Virus genome (UHGV): UHGV-0351052
DNA length: 64,000 nt
Direction: 5' to 3' (one strand)
Origin: a virus
The notes beneath the pieces were generated by a model. It was not told the origin of the DNA and made no database searches. It saw only the letters and a program-made list of their open reading frames with translations. Numbering within the stretch: the first letter of the stretch is position 1; every line of letters starts with the position of its first letter. Shown in pieces: positions 55,582 through 64,000 of the stretch. Made by a program: the position numbers and the translations under genes.

Positions 55582-55816
55582 AGTAAACGTTTAATACATC
55601 AATCATTAAAACGATTGGGAATATACTCAAAACTATTAGTATTATAACTACATTCCATATAGCTTTAACAATCTTTTTCATTTTCTGTTCCTCCGTAGTT
55701 GATAGTTGTATAGTACCACAGAAGAACAGTCTTGTAAACAACTTTTTTAAAAATATTCGTAATAAATGTGAATACCAACTACTACCGCTGAAACCTGTGC
55801 AACCCACCACGCACAA
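55568..55816 (-). CDS. small membrane protein (true start probably internal MKKIVK)
   Basis: track ORF spans an early promoter, so only the distal ~37 codons are likely translated. Confidence 0.35.
   Translation of the reverse strand: MCVVGCTGFSGSSWYSHLLRIFLKKLFTRLFFCGTIQLSTTEEQKMKKIVKAIWNVVIILIVLSIFPIVLMIDVLNVYFGFM
55710..55739 (-). promoter_or_regulatory. sigma70-type early promoter (-35 GTTTACA, 17 bp, -10 TACTAT)
   Basis: repeated promoter family. Confidence 0.5.
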
Positions 55817-55985
55817 GCAATAAGTACAGAATTCAAAATTTTCATAATAACCTCATCACAAAAGTAAATGTTAAACAAATTACTGGAATACTAATTAACC
55901 AAACAAAACACCACCATAATGAACTCATAGCTCAATCTCAGCGATTTTCATTTTATTCTCCAAATCCGTATCAGTTGATAGTTGT

Positions 55986-56015
55986 ATAGTACCACGGTCC
56001 TTGTGGTATGTAAAC
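55986..56015 (-). promoter_or_regulatory. sigma70-type early promoter (-35 GTTTACA, 17 bp, -10 TACTAT)
   Basis: repeated promoter family, immediately downstream of denB. Confidence 0.5.
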
Positions 56016-56031
56016 TGTTTTGTGAATTTTT

Positions 56032-56589
56032 TTAAATGGAAAGATACCATCCGTTGTAGTTGCTTTTTCTTACAACCTTACGAAGGTCTTCTCTGTCACC
56101 GATGAACTTCGGAGTGTACTGGATGACACCTGGATGAATTTCTTTAGTGTTGAATATAATTATACAGTCAGCGACCTGATGATTCAGAATGGGTCCTAGA
56201 TTTATTCCAGAACCATATGGATACTCTCCGCTGCATCCTGTTGTTACAGAAATCCAACGTGAGTCAGTTTGATGTGTCTTAACTTCTACACGAAGCCCGC
56301 AGTATTTTGGATGTGCTAAAACATCCCATGCATACGTGTACGGATCATCGACATCTTCTTGACCTTTGTTAACATAGCCGCTCAACCAATCTGCTACAAA
56401 AAACTCTGCGTACACCGCGATACGGCATCTTTCGATAACTTCTGCTTTATCCTGGTTCGGGTTTTGTTTTAAAGAGTATCTTGCTGTATCAGCAATTTTG
56501 ACCTTCATTTCACTAGTTAAGTCACTGTTCGATAGGGTAAATGTCGGAATCTGAAATAGTCTCTGTAAACCCGGATTCGTTTTCTGCAT
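56032..56589 (-). CDS. denB: endonuclease IV
   Basis: 185 aa; position between ndd and rIIB as in T4. Confidence 0.8.
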   Translation of the reverse strand: MQKTNPGLQRLFQIPTFTLSNSDLTSEMKVKIADTARYSLKQNPNQDKAEVIERCRIAVYAEFFVADWLSGYVNKGQEDVDDPYTYAWDVLAHPKYCGLRVEVKTHQTDSRWISVTTGCSGEYPYGSGINLGPILNHQVADCIIIFNTKEIHPGVIQYTPKFIGDREDLRKVVRKSNYNGWYLSI

Positions 56590-56851
56590 TTAAACTTTCC
56601 TTTTTACCGCTGAGATAGGCGTTATATACTTTAAGAGTGCCATAATAAATTCGATCATTTTCATCTAAAGAATTACGATCAAGTTCATCGAGATTCTTTT
56701 TGTCCATGACTATAACATCATTGCAGTAAAGAACTCCAAGTTTTTCATGCCCAAATTCGAATTTATTGCAGTACACAATATTAGCATAATGATTACCATG
56801 TAGAGAAATTTCTTTAATTCCGGGATCACCAACATTCATAAAGTGAATCAT
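56522..56851 (-). CDS. hypothetical protein (109 aa)
   Basis: ORF overlapping denB start. Confidence 0.5.
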   Translation of the reverse strand: MIHFMNVGDPGIKEISLHGNHYANIVYCNKFEFGHEKLGVLYCNDVIVMDKKNLDELDRNSLDENDRIYYGTLKVYNAYLSGKKESLNAENESGFTETISDSDIYPIEQ

Positions 56852-56887
56852 AATTTCCTCTTAAAACAAAAGGGCCGAAGCCCTTAT

Positions 56888-57082
56888 TTATTTAAATTGT
56901 GCAATTCTTTTCTCTAAACAGTCAGCATAAGATTTCATTGAGATGAACTGTGAAAGTAGCAGTTCTTGCTCAACTGCACTAACCGTTAGAAACTTTGCGC
57001 TTTCTAAAAATTTGCTCAGTGCATTAATTTTGAGCATTAATTGATCGTATTCTTCTTTTACTCGTGCTTGATAACCTAACAT
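56888..57082 (-). CDS. hypothetical protein (64 aa)
   Basis: ORF flanked by GC hairpins. Confidence 0.5.
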   Translation of the reverse strand: MLGYQARVKEEYDQLMLKINALSKFLESAKFLTVSAVEQELLLSQFISMKSYADCLEKRIAQFK

Positions 57083-57110
57083 AATTTTCCTTAGTTAAGG
57101 GTCGAAGCCC

Positions 57111-58049
57111 TTATTTAAATTGTTCAGTAACGTCTTCAACTACTTCGTATTGGCAGGTACGCATTTTAGCATCGTTGTAATCAATCGGAATTGATACTAC
57201 ATCGCGAGGATGTACTTTAACTTTTACAACTCGACTAGTTGAACTGCCAAAGTGACGAATATAAGATTTAGAACACACATGCAGACCATGAGAACAAGTT
57301 TGTGTATCATCGTCATTCACACGAGTACGTGGCATTTTAACTACTTTACCCGGACTGTTATCAAAGGTGTTTGAGTGACAGTCAAAGTAGTTGTCACGAA
57401 CTACTTTCCAAGCATAGAAGTAACCATCTTCTGTAATTTCAATATCATTTGCTACCAAGAAATCAAAGAGTCGAGATACCGCTTTTTGGCTTGGGTTTTC
57501 CAACAGATTTTCCAAGAACGGAAAATAAAATTCAAAGTTTTCGCCTTTTTCCATCGAGTCAAGAATACGATCAACCAAACCAGACCGCAATTCAATATTT
57601 TGATAGAACAAGCTTCCACCTTCAATTCGAACATCGCCGGAAATATATTTTTCAACAGCGCGACGAACATTAATTTTTTGCGCAGCTTCTTCCAGCTTAT
57701 CCGCTACAAGCAGATTAAGAATTTCCTGGAAGTTTGAATGAGTATTAGGAGTTGCGTTATAAGTTACACCGTCAACAGTAATTGAAATGAATTTTTTAGA
57801 AGCATTCCAAATAATATCAGATTTAGCAACTGGAGCAATAGCTACATCGCTATTAACTTTAACTGTAATATCACCGCTAATAGTAACTTTAGGATGTTTA
57901 GCTTCTTCAGCATTTTTCAAAACACGACGGATTGTGTCAACCGATACACCTTGCCAATCAGCCAATTCCTGCTGGGTGTAATTACCACTTGAATACAGTT
58001 TAACAATTTCAGCTTGTTCGTTTTTGGTCAGGCATTTAATATTGTACAT
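57111..58049 (-). CDS. rIIB: rIIB membrane-associated protein
   Basis: 312 aa; synteny with rIIA. Confidence 0.9.
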   Translation of the reverse strand: MYNIKCLTKNEQAEIVKLYSSGNYTQQELADWQGVSVDTIRRVLKNAEEAKHPKVTISGDITVKVNSDVAIAPVAKSDIIWNASKKFISITVDGVTYNATPNTHSNFQEILNLLVADKLEEAAQKINVRRAVEKYISGDVRIEGGSLFYQNIELRSGLVDRILDSMEKGENFEFYFPFLENLLENPSQKAVSRLFDFLVANDIEITEDGYFYAWKVVRDNYFDCHSNTFDNSPGKVVKMPRTRVNDDDTQTCSHGLHVCSKSYIRHFGSSTSRVVKVKVHPRDVVSIPIDYNDAKMRTCQYEVVEDVTEQFK

Positions 58050-58060
58050 AATTTTCCTTA

Positions 58061-60238
58061 TTAGGCCGCAAGGGCCTTCATAGTTTTAGCGATTTGGGAA
58101 ACTTCATCATCACTTAAAGAGCTGCGATAACCGATGAAGTCAGAAACAATACGGAATTTCTTGGTAAACTCAGCAACCATTTTATCACTGTTTTTTGAAG
58201 CATTATTTGATAATACATCAAAAAGATTAGTTACTGTCCAGATGTCATGACCGATGGTATCTCTTCCACCATTAAAATATACACCCTGTAATGAACTAAC
58301 CATATTAGCAAGTCGTGTATATTCTTCAGAAACTTCATCTACACTGAAGTACTTCATCATAAAATCTAACTCAGGATACTTGATAATTTTATCAATATAT
58401 CGTTTAGCTGAACTTGAATAACCTACATACTTATCATAATCTACATCATCAAAAGCATCTACATATAAATCACGCAAAGCTTCAAAAATACATTGGCACT
58501 GACCGAGTTCTTTTATCTTTTTCTGCAAAAGCGGACGAATAACATAAAATTCATTAATGCCAATAAGATTAGCCATACGAATCAAAATATTCATAGATGG
58601 ATGACAAAGAGATGTAGTACCATCCATAGAGAAAATATCAGAACGATGCATATACGCTACATAACCAGTAATTTCATCTGCTTCTGATGTGAGCGTAAAT
58701 AATTCCTCTTTTTCCCAGCGCCCGTCTTTAATTTCAAACTTAAATGCTGTAGCAGCTTTAGGACGAGGAGCTTTACTTTTAACTACCTTTGGAATATAGC
58801 TTTTAACTAAAGCTTCAATTTCTGACAAATAATGAATGTTAACTTCATCACTTTCAAACATCGCCATAATATCAGGGAGTAAATCAATTTGCGATTCTAC
58901 TTCTGGATTAATAAACAGAAGGCGTTCGTTGTGATGAATATTCAAAGTGTTATTAAATTCACTATCATCTAACGCATGTGCTAATCCACGGACAATATTA
59001 ACACGATTTTTAATATTATCAATAACGATATTAATTTTTGTTGTATTAATACCAAACAGACGATAGCTTGATGCAACGGCTGAAGTTTCATGACTTTGCT
59101 TAATGCGCTTCAGTCGAGGGTCAAGATTTACTTCATACACAACCCCTGCATTACATAACTTACTGTCAGGTTCAAACATGCTCTGCATCTTTTTATATGA
59201 CAGATTTTTAGTCGTGAATTTGACTGAATTACTAATCATATAATCTCGAGCAGAATACCCCATCTTCATCAATTCACGATATGTGTGACGAGGAGATGTA
59301 GATTCTTTAAATCGTTTTACATCTTCATTAAATGCTTTCTCACTAAGCTCTTTAACTCGTTCAATAATATTTTTACGAGTACGATCATCCAGTGAAAGAG
59401 CCTCGCGAGATGGAGCAATATCAAGTGAACCCATTGGAAACTTAATGTAATTCACTTCATTGCGAATGCTTAGCCAGTTACGATCTCTAATAACACCATC
59501 GATAGGATAAACAATACCGCCATAGATAGCATATAATCCACCACGATCAGGCCAGTATCTTTCTGGATTTACGCCATAATAATCATCAAAATCCGGAAAA
59601 TAATCAATTTCGCGGTCAAGACCATTAATGATAGCCAAATCTTTGAATGGTCGCATGATATAAGAAACTTCATAAGCAAAGTTTCTAAAGTCTTTTTCTT
59701 CAACTGGAACTACGATTTCAATACCAGTTTTATCATCTGGACCCATTTCTTTTACGAATGTAGGTTTAATCTGTGGACCATCACCATCCATGTAAGCTAC
59801 ATAACCACGAATTTCACCTTTATGATACGAAGTAATACTAAACGTATCAGTATAACTAAATGGAGATTTAGAACCTAAACCAAATCCGCCAATGAAATCG
59901 TTAGATTCAGCCTTAGATGAACTGAAGTATGAATTATACAGACCAGGAGAATTATCATCACCCTGAATATCAAAATCACTCATACCCGGACCAAAATCTC
60001 GACAAACAAATCGCGGGTCTAAACGTCCTGGAACTTGTATGATAAATTTTTCAGGATTTCCATTGAGAGCATGGGCATCAATCATGTTAGTAATCAATTC
60101 ACGGACTACTGCGCGAATCTTGTTTGTATACAAATCAGATGACAGAATTTTAAATACTTTAGGAGATGCAGTAATACTAAATGCTTTTGATTTAGAACCA
60201 TTACCAAGAATTGTTTCTTTTTCAGTGGTGATAATCAT
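58061..60238 (-). CDS. rIIA: rIIA protein
   Basis: 725 aa; synteny. Confidence 0.9.
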   Translation of the reverse strand: MIITTEKETILGNGSKSKAFSITASPKVFKILSSDLYTNKIRAVVRELITNMIDAHALNGNPEKFIIQVPGRLDPRFVCRDFGPGMSDFDIQGDDNSPGLYNSYFSSSKAESNDFIGGFGLGSKSPFSYTDTFSITSYHKGEIRGYVAYMDGDGPQIKPTFVKEMGPDDKTGIEIVVPVEEKDFRNFAYEVSYIMRPFKDLAIINGLDREIDYFPDFDDYYGVNPERYWPDRGGLYAIYGGIVYPIDGVIRDRNWLSIRNEVNYIKFPMGSLDIAPSREALSLDDRTRKNIIERVKELSEKAFNEDVKRFKESTSPRHTYRELMKMGYSARDYMISNSVKFTTKNLSYKKMQSMFEPDSKLCNAGVVYEVNLDPRLKRIKQSHETSAVASSYRLFGINTTKINIVIDNIKNRVNIVRGLAHALDDSEFNNTLNIHHNERLLFINPEVESQIDLLPDIMAMFESDEVNIHYLSEIEALVKSYIPKVVKSKAPRPKAATAFKFEIKDGRWEKEELFTLTSEADEITGYVAYMHRSDIFSMDGTTSLCHPSMNILIRMANLIGINEFYVIRPLLQKKIKELGQCQCIFEALRDLYVDAFDDVDYDKYVGYSSSAKRYIDKIIKYPELDFMMKYFSVDEVSEEYTRLANMVSSLQGVYFNGGRDTIGHDIWTVTNLFDVLSNNASKNSDKMVAEFTKKFRIVSDFIGYRSSLSDDEVSQIAKTMKALAA

Positions 60239-60248
60239 AATTTCCTCA

Positions 60249-60452
60249 TTAATTCATATTACGCTTAATAACTTCAGCAACTTCTAGTAGCTCATCTTTA
60301 GTTGCGGTGTCGGATTGAATTTTATCTCTAATATCTTTAAAGCGGTTTTTAAATTCTTCGGCTTCTCCCATATCGAAAAAGCGTTGAATGATTCTATATT
60401 CTCGATGAACTGCTTTATCAAAAAGTTCTAAATTTACTTTATATGATTTCAT
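60249..60452 (-). CDS. hypothetical protein (67 aa)
   Basis: ORF with early promoter upstream. Confidence 0.55.
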   Translation of the reverse strand: MKSYKVNLELFDKAVHREYRIIQRFFDMGEAEEFKNRFKDIRDKIQSDTATKDELLEVAEVIKRNMN

Positions 60453-60477
60453 TTCAATATCCTCATTTGCCCAATTA

Positions 60478-60507
60478 ATTATACCACATCCTTGTGGTAA
60501 AGTAAAC
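60478..60507 (-). promoter_or_regulatory. sigma70-type early promoter (-35 GTTTACT, 17 bp, -10 TATAAT)
   Basis: consensus -10; overlaps 3' end of gene 60. Confidence 0.5.
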
Positions 60508-60851
60508 TACTGACTCATCCATTCTTTACGAAGGTCAGCATTATCTCCCATGAGCATTTCAAAAAGCTCTTTCCAGTTCTCAGGAAGTTTAACAACATCA
60601 TATACTGGATTTTGAATCATCTCACGATATTCAGATTTTTCCAAAGAGCCAAGTCCTTTAATATAACGGATGCTATGTTTAGGTAGAGCATCTTTGGCAC
60701 TCTCATATTCAGCGACTGTATAAAACCATTCTTGTTTTTTACCGACCTGAGCGATGATTACAGGAGTTTTGACAAAGCGAATTCGTCCTTGCTCAAACAA
60801 TTCTGGCCAATTACTAAAAAACCCGAGCAGAGAAGGATAAATAGAACCTAA
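60507..60851 (-). CDS. 60: topoisomerase II subunit gp60, codons 47-160 (after translational bypass)
   Basis: frame LGSIYPSLLGFFSNWPELFEQGRIRF... continues from landing site; matches T4 gp60 as recalled. Confidence 0.85.
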   Translation of the reverse strand, partial: LGSIYPSLLGFFSNWPELFEQGRIRFVKTPVIIAQVGKKQEWFYTVAEYESAKDALPKHSIRYIKGLGSLEKSEYREMIQNPVYDVVKLPENWKELFEMLMGDNADLRKEWMSQ

Positions 60852-60901
60852 TCCAATAATCTCTTAATTATGAGGTATTTCTATAGATAGCCCGAAGGCT
60901 A
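60852..60901 (-). promoter_or_regulatory. 50-nt translational bypass (coding gap) element of gene 60
   Basis: take-off GGA, in-frame UAG, hairpin UAGCCUUCGGGCUA, 50-nt gap ending in landing GGA. Confidence 0.8.
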
Positions 60902-61039
60902 TCCATCGTGATCTGCGTCTGTCATAATAGCGACATTCGCATAGTTCATTGAAGAGGATTTAATAGAACGACGAACATTGTTCTGCAATTTATATTTTTT
61001 CATATCAACGCTAGAAGAATCAATTTTTACAAATTTCAT
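60902..61039 (-). CDS. 60: topoisomerase II subunit gp60, codons 1-46 (before bypass)
   Basis: MKFVKIDSSSVDMKKYKLQNNVRRSIKSSSMNYANVAIMTDADHDG then UAG. Confidence 0.85.
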
Positions 61040-61838
61040 TATACACCTCATAGAACTTTTCATCAGGAATCCAACCGCGTTTAAATTCATTAAATGCTCG
61101 GCCGAATAATTTTGAATTCACAGTTATATTATTAACTGATTTCCATTTAGCAACTCCCGTTCGTTTATAATGATCGGGGTCATATTTCGTGACGTACCAT
61201 TCATATAAATTTGGTATTAATTTTACAGCCTCTGGATTTGTCGCTGATTTATTATACCATGGTTTCGCTTTTTCAAGTTCAGCTGCTTTTGCAGTAGCAG
61301 CAACAGTATTTCCAATACCAACTAATTTTTCAGCTTTAATGCGTGGATCATTAACATGAAGACGAAAAACTTCGCCTTTTTCATTTTTAAAGCATGTCAT
61401 GCCTTTAATTCCAGGAAGCTTAACACCTTTATTAACACCGCACCATTCCTTTGGGTTAAATGATCCTTTAATTAATAAGGCGCATTTACCCGATTTAATA
61501 CTTCTCATTAAAACTTTATCTTTCATAAAGTTTTTTGACCATTCAGATACTGCTCTTTGATGGTAAATTCTAGCAATTTCATATAATTTACTAGAACGTA
61601 AATATTTTTCAGTGTTTAACATTCTATTCATCGCATATGCCATTTCACGATTACGATGAATTTTATATAGTAGAAAATGTGCTAAAAAGTGTTCACGAAA
61701 AGTCAGTTTCACCAAATTTTCTTTATCATCAGAACCTCCCATTGATCTTGGAAGGATATGATGAATTTCACCCTTAAATTTAGAAACGCGGGTTTTACCC
61801 CGCACTATTAAGTCATTATAGATTTTTTCGTAATTCAC
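61020..61838 (-). CDS. mobA: HNH homing endonuclease (mobA-like)
   Basis: 272 aa; HNH motif EIHHILPRSMGGSDDKENLVKLTFREH; inserted between genes 39 and 60, overlapping both. Confidence 0.8.
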   Translation of the reverse strand: MNYEKIYNDLIVRGKTRVSKFKGEIHHILPRSMGGSDDKENLVKLTFREHFLAHFLLYKIHRNREMAYAMNRMLNTEKYLRSSKLYEIARIYHQRAVSEWSKNFMKDKVLMRSIKSGKCALLIKGSFNPKEWCGVNKGVKLPGIKGMTCFKNEKGEVFRLHVNDPRIKAEKLVGIGNTVAATAKAAELEKAKPWYNKSATNPEAVKLIPNLYEWYVTKYDPDHYKRTGVAKWKSVNNITVNSKLFGRAFNEFKRGWIPDEKFYEVYNEICKN

Positions 61839-63366
61839 CTACTGTTATCCATTTACCATTAATCTGTACCTCATCATTTTCATTTACGATAATTGTATCG
61901 CCATTTAGTTCGAAAGTAAACCACTCGCCATCTTCTTTTTCTTCAAACGCCTTTTCACCAAGAACTAGACCAGTGATTGCGCAAATATCAAATAGTTCTT
62001 TGTTTTTAAGCATATCTGCATAAGACATACCCCAACTGTTGAGAACTTTACCACGCAATGGATAACCACCATGAAGTTCTTTATCGCGAACATCAATAAG
62101 ATATCCGATAGCAGAATCACCCTCAGTCAAGAAAAGAGTAGTATCAGCATCTTTACCACAAAGGTTCGCTTTGATATGTTTATGAACCTTAGCTTTAGAA
62201 GCCTTTTTAGCTGCTTTAGTTTCTGCTGCTTTTTCTGCCGCCAATTTACGAGCTAATGCTGCTTCAATGATTGGCATCAGAATTGCTTCATTATTTAGAA
62301 TAGCACGTGAAATCTTTTTAGCGTCAAGTTGAATATGACTACGAATTTCGCCAAATGGAGAAGTCAAACGCTCTTTAGTCTGAGAATCAAATCGCATGTT
62401 TTTCATATCACGAACAAACATAACGATAGTCAAACATTCTTTGACACGTGCTTTAGTCACATCAATTTTGAACTTACGTTTGATTTGTGGAATAAGGTCT
62501 TCACAAATATCATCCATAACACAGTCAATGTGATGGCCACCATTCTTAGTATGAATGTTATTAACGTATGTTAATTGACGAAAACCATCCGGTGAACGAC
62601 CAACTGCAATAGAACAATTTTCTTGTTCTTGAACAATAGCATGCTCATCATATTGGCGTGCATATTTCTTAAAATTGCCCTGAACCTTTTTACCATTAAA
62701 GGTAAATTGAATATCAGGATAAACTACTGCAAGTGTCTGGAGACGATCTAGTGTAATGTCAAGATAAACTTGGGACAGCTCATTAGTTTCAAATGACATA
62801 AAATCAGGAATGAAAGTAACACGAGTTCCTTTCCATTTTCCAGGAATATCTTCCCATGATTTATTTTCCATGCCATTTGAACAACGAACTACAATATTAT
62901 TTTGACCATCGCCAGTTTCACCAACAAACATCACAGAAAAAATGTTTGTCAAACTAGAACCAACACCATTCATACCGCCAGTGACGCGTTCTTTATCATC
63001 ACCAAAGTTACCACCTGCTTTTGGAATAGTCCAGGCAGCAACAGGACCAGGAATTTCTTCACCGGTAGGTGTTTTAACCATCGCTTGTGGAATACCGCGA
63101 CCGTTATCTTCAACTGTTACTTGATTGTTTTTAATAGTAACATTAATTTTATTTGCGAATTTAAACTTAGTACGAATACCTTCATCTACTGAGTTATCGA
63201 TAATTTCATCAATAAGCTTAACAAGACCAGGTACATACTGAACACTTTCCCATTTACCAAACAGAAAGCGCTCATGCATTTCATTAGCGGAAGAGCCAAT
63301 GTACATGCCGCTACGCTTTTTGATATGTTCAATATCGCTCAGAATTTTAATTTCATTCTTAATCAT
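61816..63366 (-). CDS. 39: DNA topoisomerase II large subunit gp39 (GyrB-like ATPase)
   Basis: 516 aa; ATPase N-box EIIDNSVDE and G-loop GGMNGVG. Confidence 0.95.
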   Translation of the reverse strand: MIKNEIKILSDIEHIKKRSGMYIGSSANEMHERFLFGKWESVQYVPGLVKLIDEIIDNSVDEGIRTKFKFANKINVTIKNNQVTVEDNGRGIPQAMVKTPTGEEIPGPVAAWTIPKAGGNFGDDKERVTGGMNGVGSSLTNIFSVMFVGETGDGQNNIVVRCSNGMENKSWEDIPGKWKGTRVTFIPDFMSFETNELSQVYLDITLDRLQTLAVVYPDIQFTFNGKKVQGNFKKYARQYDEHAIVQEQENCSIAVGRSPDGFRQLTYVNNIHTKNGGHHIDCVMDDICEDLIPQIKRKFKIDVTKARVKECLTIVMFVRDMKNMRFDSQTKERLTSPFGEIRSHIQLDAKKISRAILNNEAILMPIIEAALARKLAAEKAAETKAAKKASKAKVHKHIKANLCGKDADTTLFLTEGDSAIGYLIDVRDKELHGGYPLRGKVLNSWGMSYADMLKNKELFDICAITGLVLGEKAFEEKEDGEWFTFELNGDTIIVNENDEVQINGKWITVGELRKNL

Positions 63367-63435
63367 CACTTATCCTCGTTTGGTTTCGGGAATATTATAC
63401 TCCGGTAATCATAAAGCTAAAGGCCCGAAGGCCTT

Positions 63436-63696
63436 TTATTTAAAACGAATAGTCGAATCCTTGAAGAATAGTCCAGAACATACTGTTCCTTCTACTTTCT
63501 GTCCAGTAGGTCCAATAGCACGAAATCCAGTATGCTGGAAATCATTTTCAGAGCAACCGAACCAGTTATATCCAGTGATTTCAATATTAGTAAAACCACT
63601 TGAAGACAAAACTTTGGTTGCATTATCAGCATCAGTACATCCTATTAAAGACACTGCTAATACTAATGCTGCAATAGAACGATTAACATATTTCAT
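63436..63696 (-). CDS. putative lipoprotein (86 aa)
   Basis: signal peptide with lipobox LIGC. Confidence 0.55.
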   Translation of the reverse strand: MKYVNRSIAALVLAVSLIGCTDADNATKVLSSSGFTNIEITGYNWFGCSENDFQHTGFRAIGPTGQKVEGTVCSGLFFKDSTIRFK

Positions 63697-63698
63697 AA

Positions 63699-63875
63699 TT
63701 ACCCTTTAAGCAAGTCGTAAAATCCACCGTTCACATGCTTAGGAGCGGAAACTAACCGAATAGCAATCCGATGACAATCAGGACATACATCAGTATCCCT
63801 TTCAGAAATTTTCTTGATTTTTTCGTATTCTTTTGCACAGTCTTTGGATTGACATTTATAATCATAAAGAGGCAT
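63699..63875 (-). CDS. zinc-ribbon protein (58 aa, CxxC...CxxC)
   Basis: hand-translated ORF MPLYDYKCQSKDCAKEYE...VCPDCHRIAIRL; below track size cut-off. Confidence 0.45.
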   Translation of the reverse strand: MPLYDYKCQSKDCAKEYEKIKKISERDTDVCPDCHRIAIRLVSAPKHVNGGFYDLLKG

Positions 63876-63877
63876 AA

Positions 63878-64000
63878 TTATTCCTTAAAGTGAGCTTTCA
63901 ACATCTGATACAAGGACCATGCCTGTTCATTATTTTCAATAGTAACTTTCATTACCGGGAATTCTGTGAAATCTTCTATTTGTTCTTGCTCTTGCTCTTC
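63878..64000 (-). CDS. hypothetical protein, C-terminal 40 codons only (gene runs off window end)
   Basis: open frame on minus strand from window edge to TAA at 63878-63880. Confidence 0.3.
   Translation of the reverse strand, partial: EEQEQEQIEDFTEFPVMKVTIENNEQAWSLYQMLKAHFKE

Noticed and set aside
60507-61090. Gene 60 as a frameshifted or nonsense pseudogene
   Set aside because: The gap is exactly 50 nt with take-off and landing GGA codons and the hairpin at the stop, which fits programmed bypass.

Overview
This window is a collinear stretch of a T4-like (Tevenvirinae) coliphage genome running from uvsW to gene 39. Calls rest on gene order, protein lengths and motifs read from the six-frame track, compared with T4 proteins from memory; no database search was run. 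Content: uvsW/uvsY, the baseplate hub block (25, 26, 51, 27, 28, 29, 48, 54), two tandem Alt-type ADP-ribosyltransferases, DNA ligase (30), rIII, gp31, cd, pseT, a spanin pair, alc, rnlA, denA, nrdB and td (each split by a group I intron), nrdA, frd, gp32, 59, 33, dsbA, rnh, long tail fibre genes 34-37 with a T2-type gp38 adhesin, holin t, asiA, arn, motA, topoisomerase genes 52/60/39, stp, ndd, denB, rIIB and rIIA. I found no clearly undescribed multi-gene system. The most unusual locus is nrdA-td: the td intron carries only a 55-codon in-frame-deleted I-TevI remnant, while an intact I-TevI-like GIY-YIG endonuclease gene sits free-standing on the opposite strand behind its own late promoter. 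Other notable features are the gene 60 50-nt translational bypass with an adjacent HNH endonuclease (mobA-like), the tandem Alt paralogs, and a 54-bp promoter/leader cassette duplicated 15 kb apart. The window differs from T4 itself: no mobE between nrdA and nrdB, deleted I-TevI, T2-type gp38. No tRNA, rRNA or CRISPR features were seen. Promoter and terminator calls are motif-based and carry lower confidence; intron boundaries are approximate to a few nt for nrdB.
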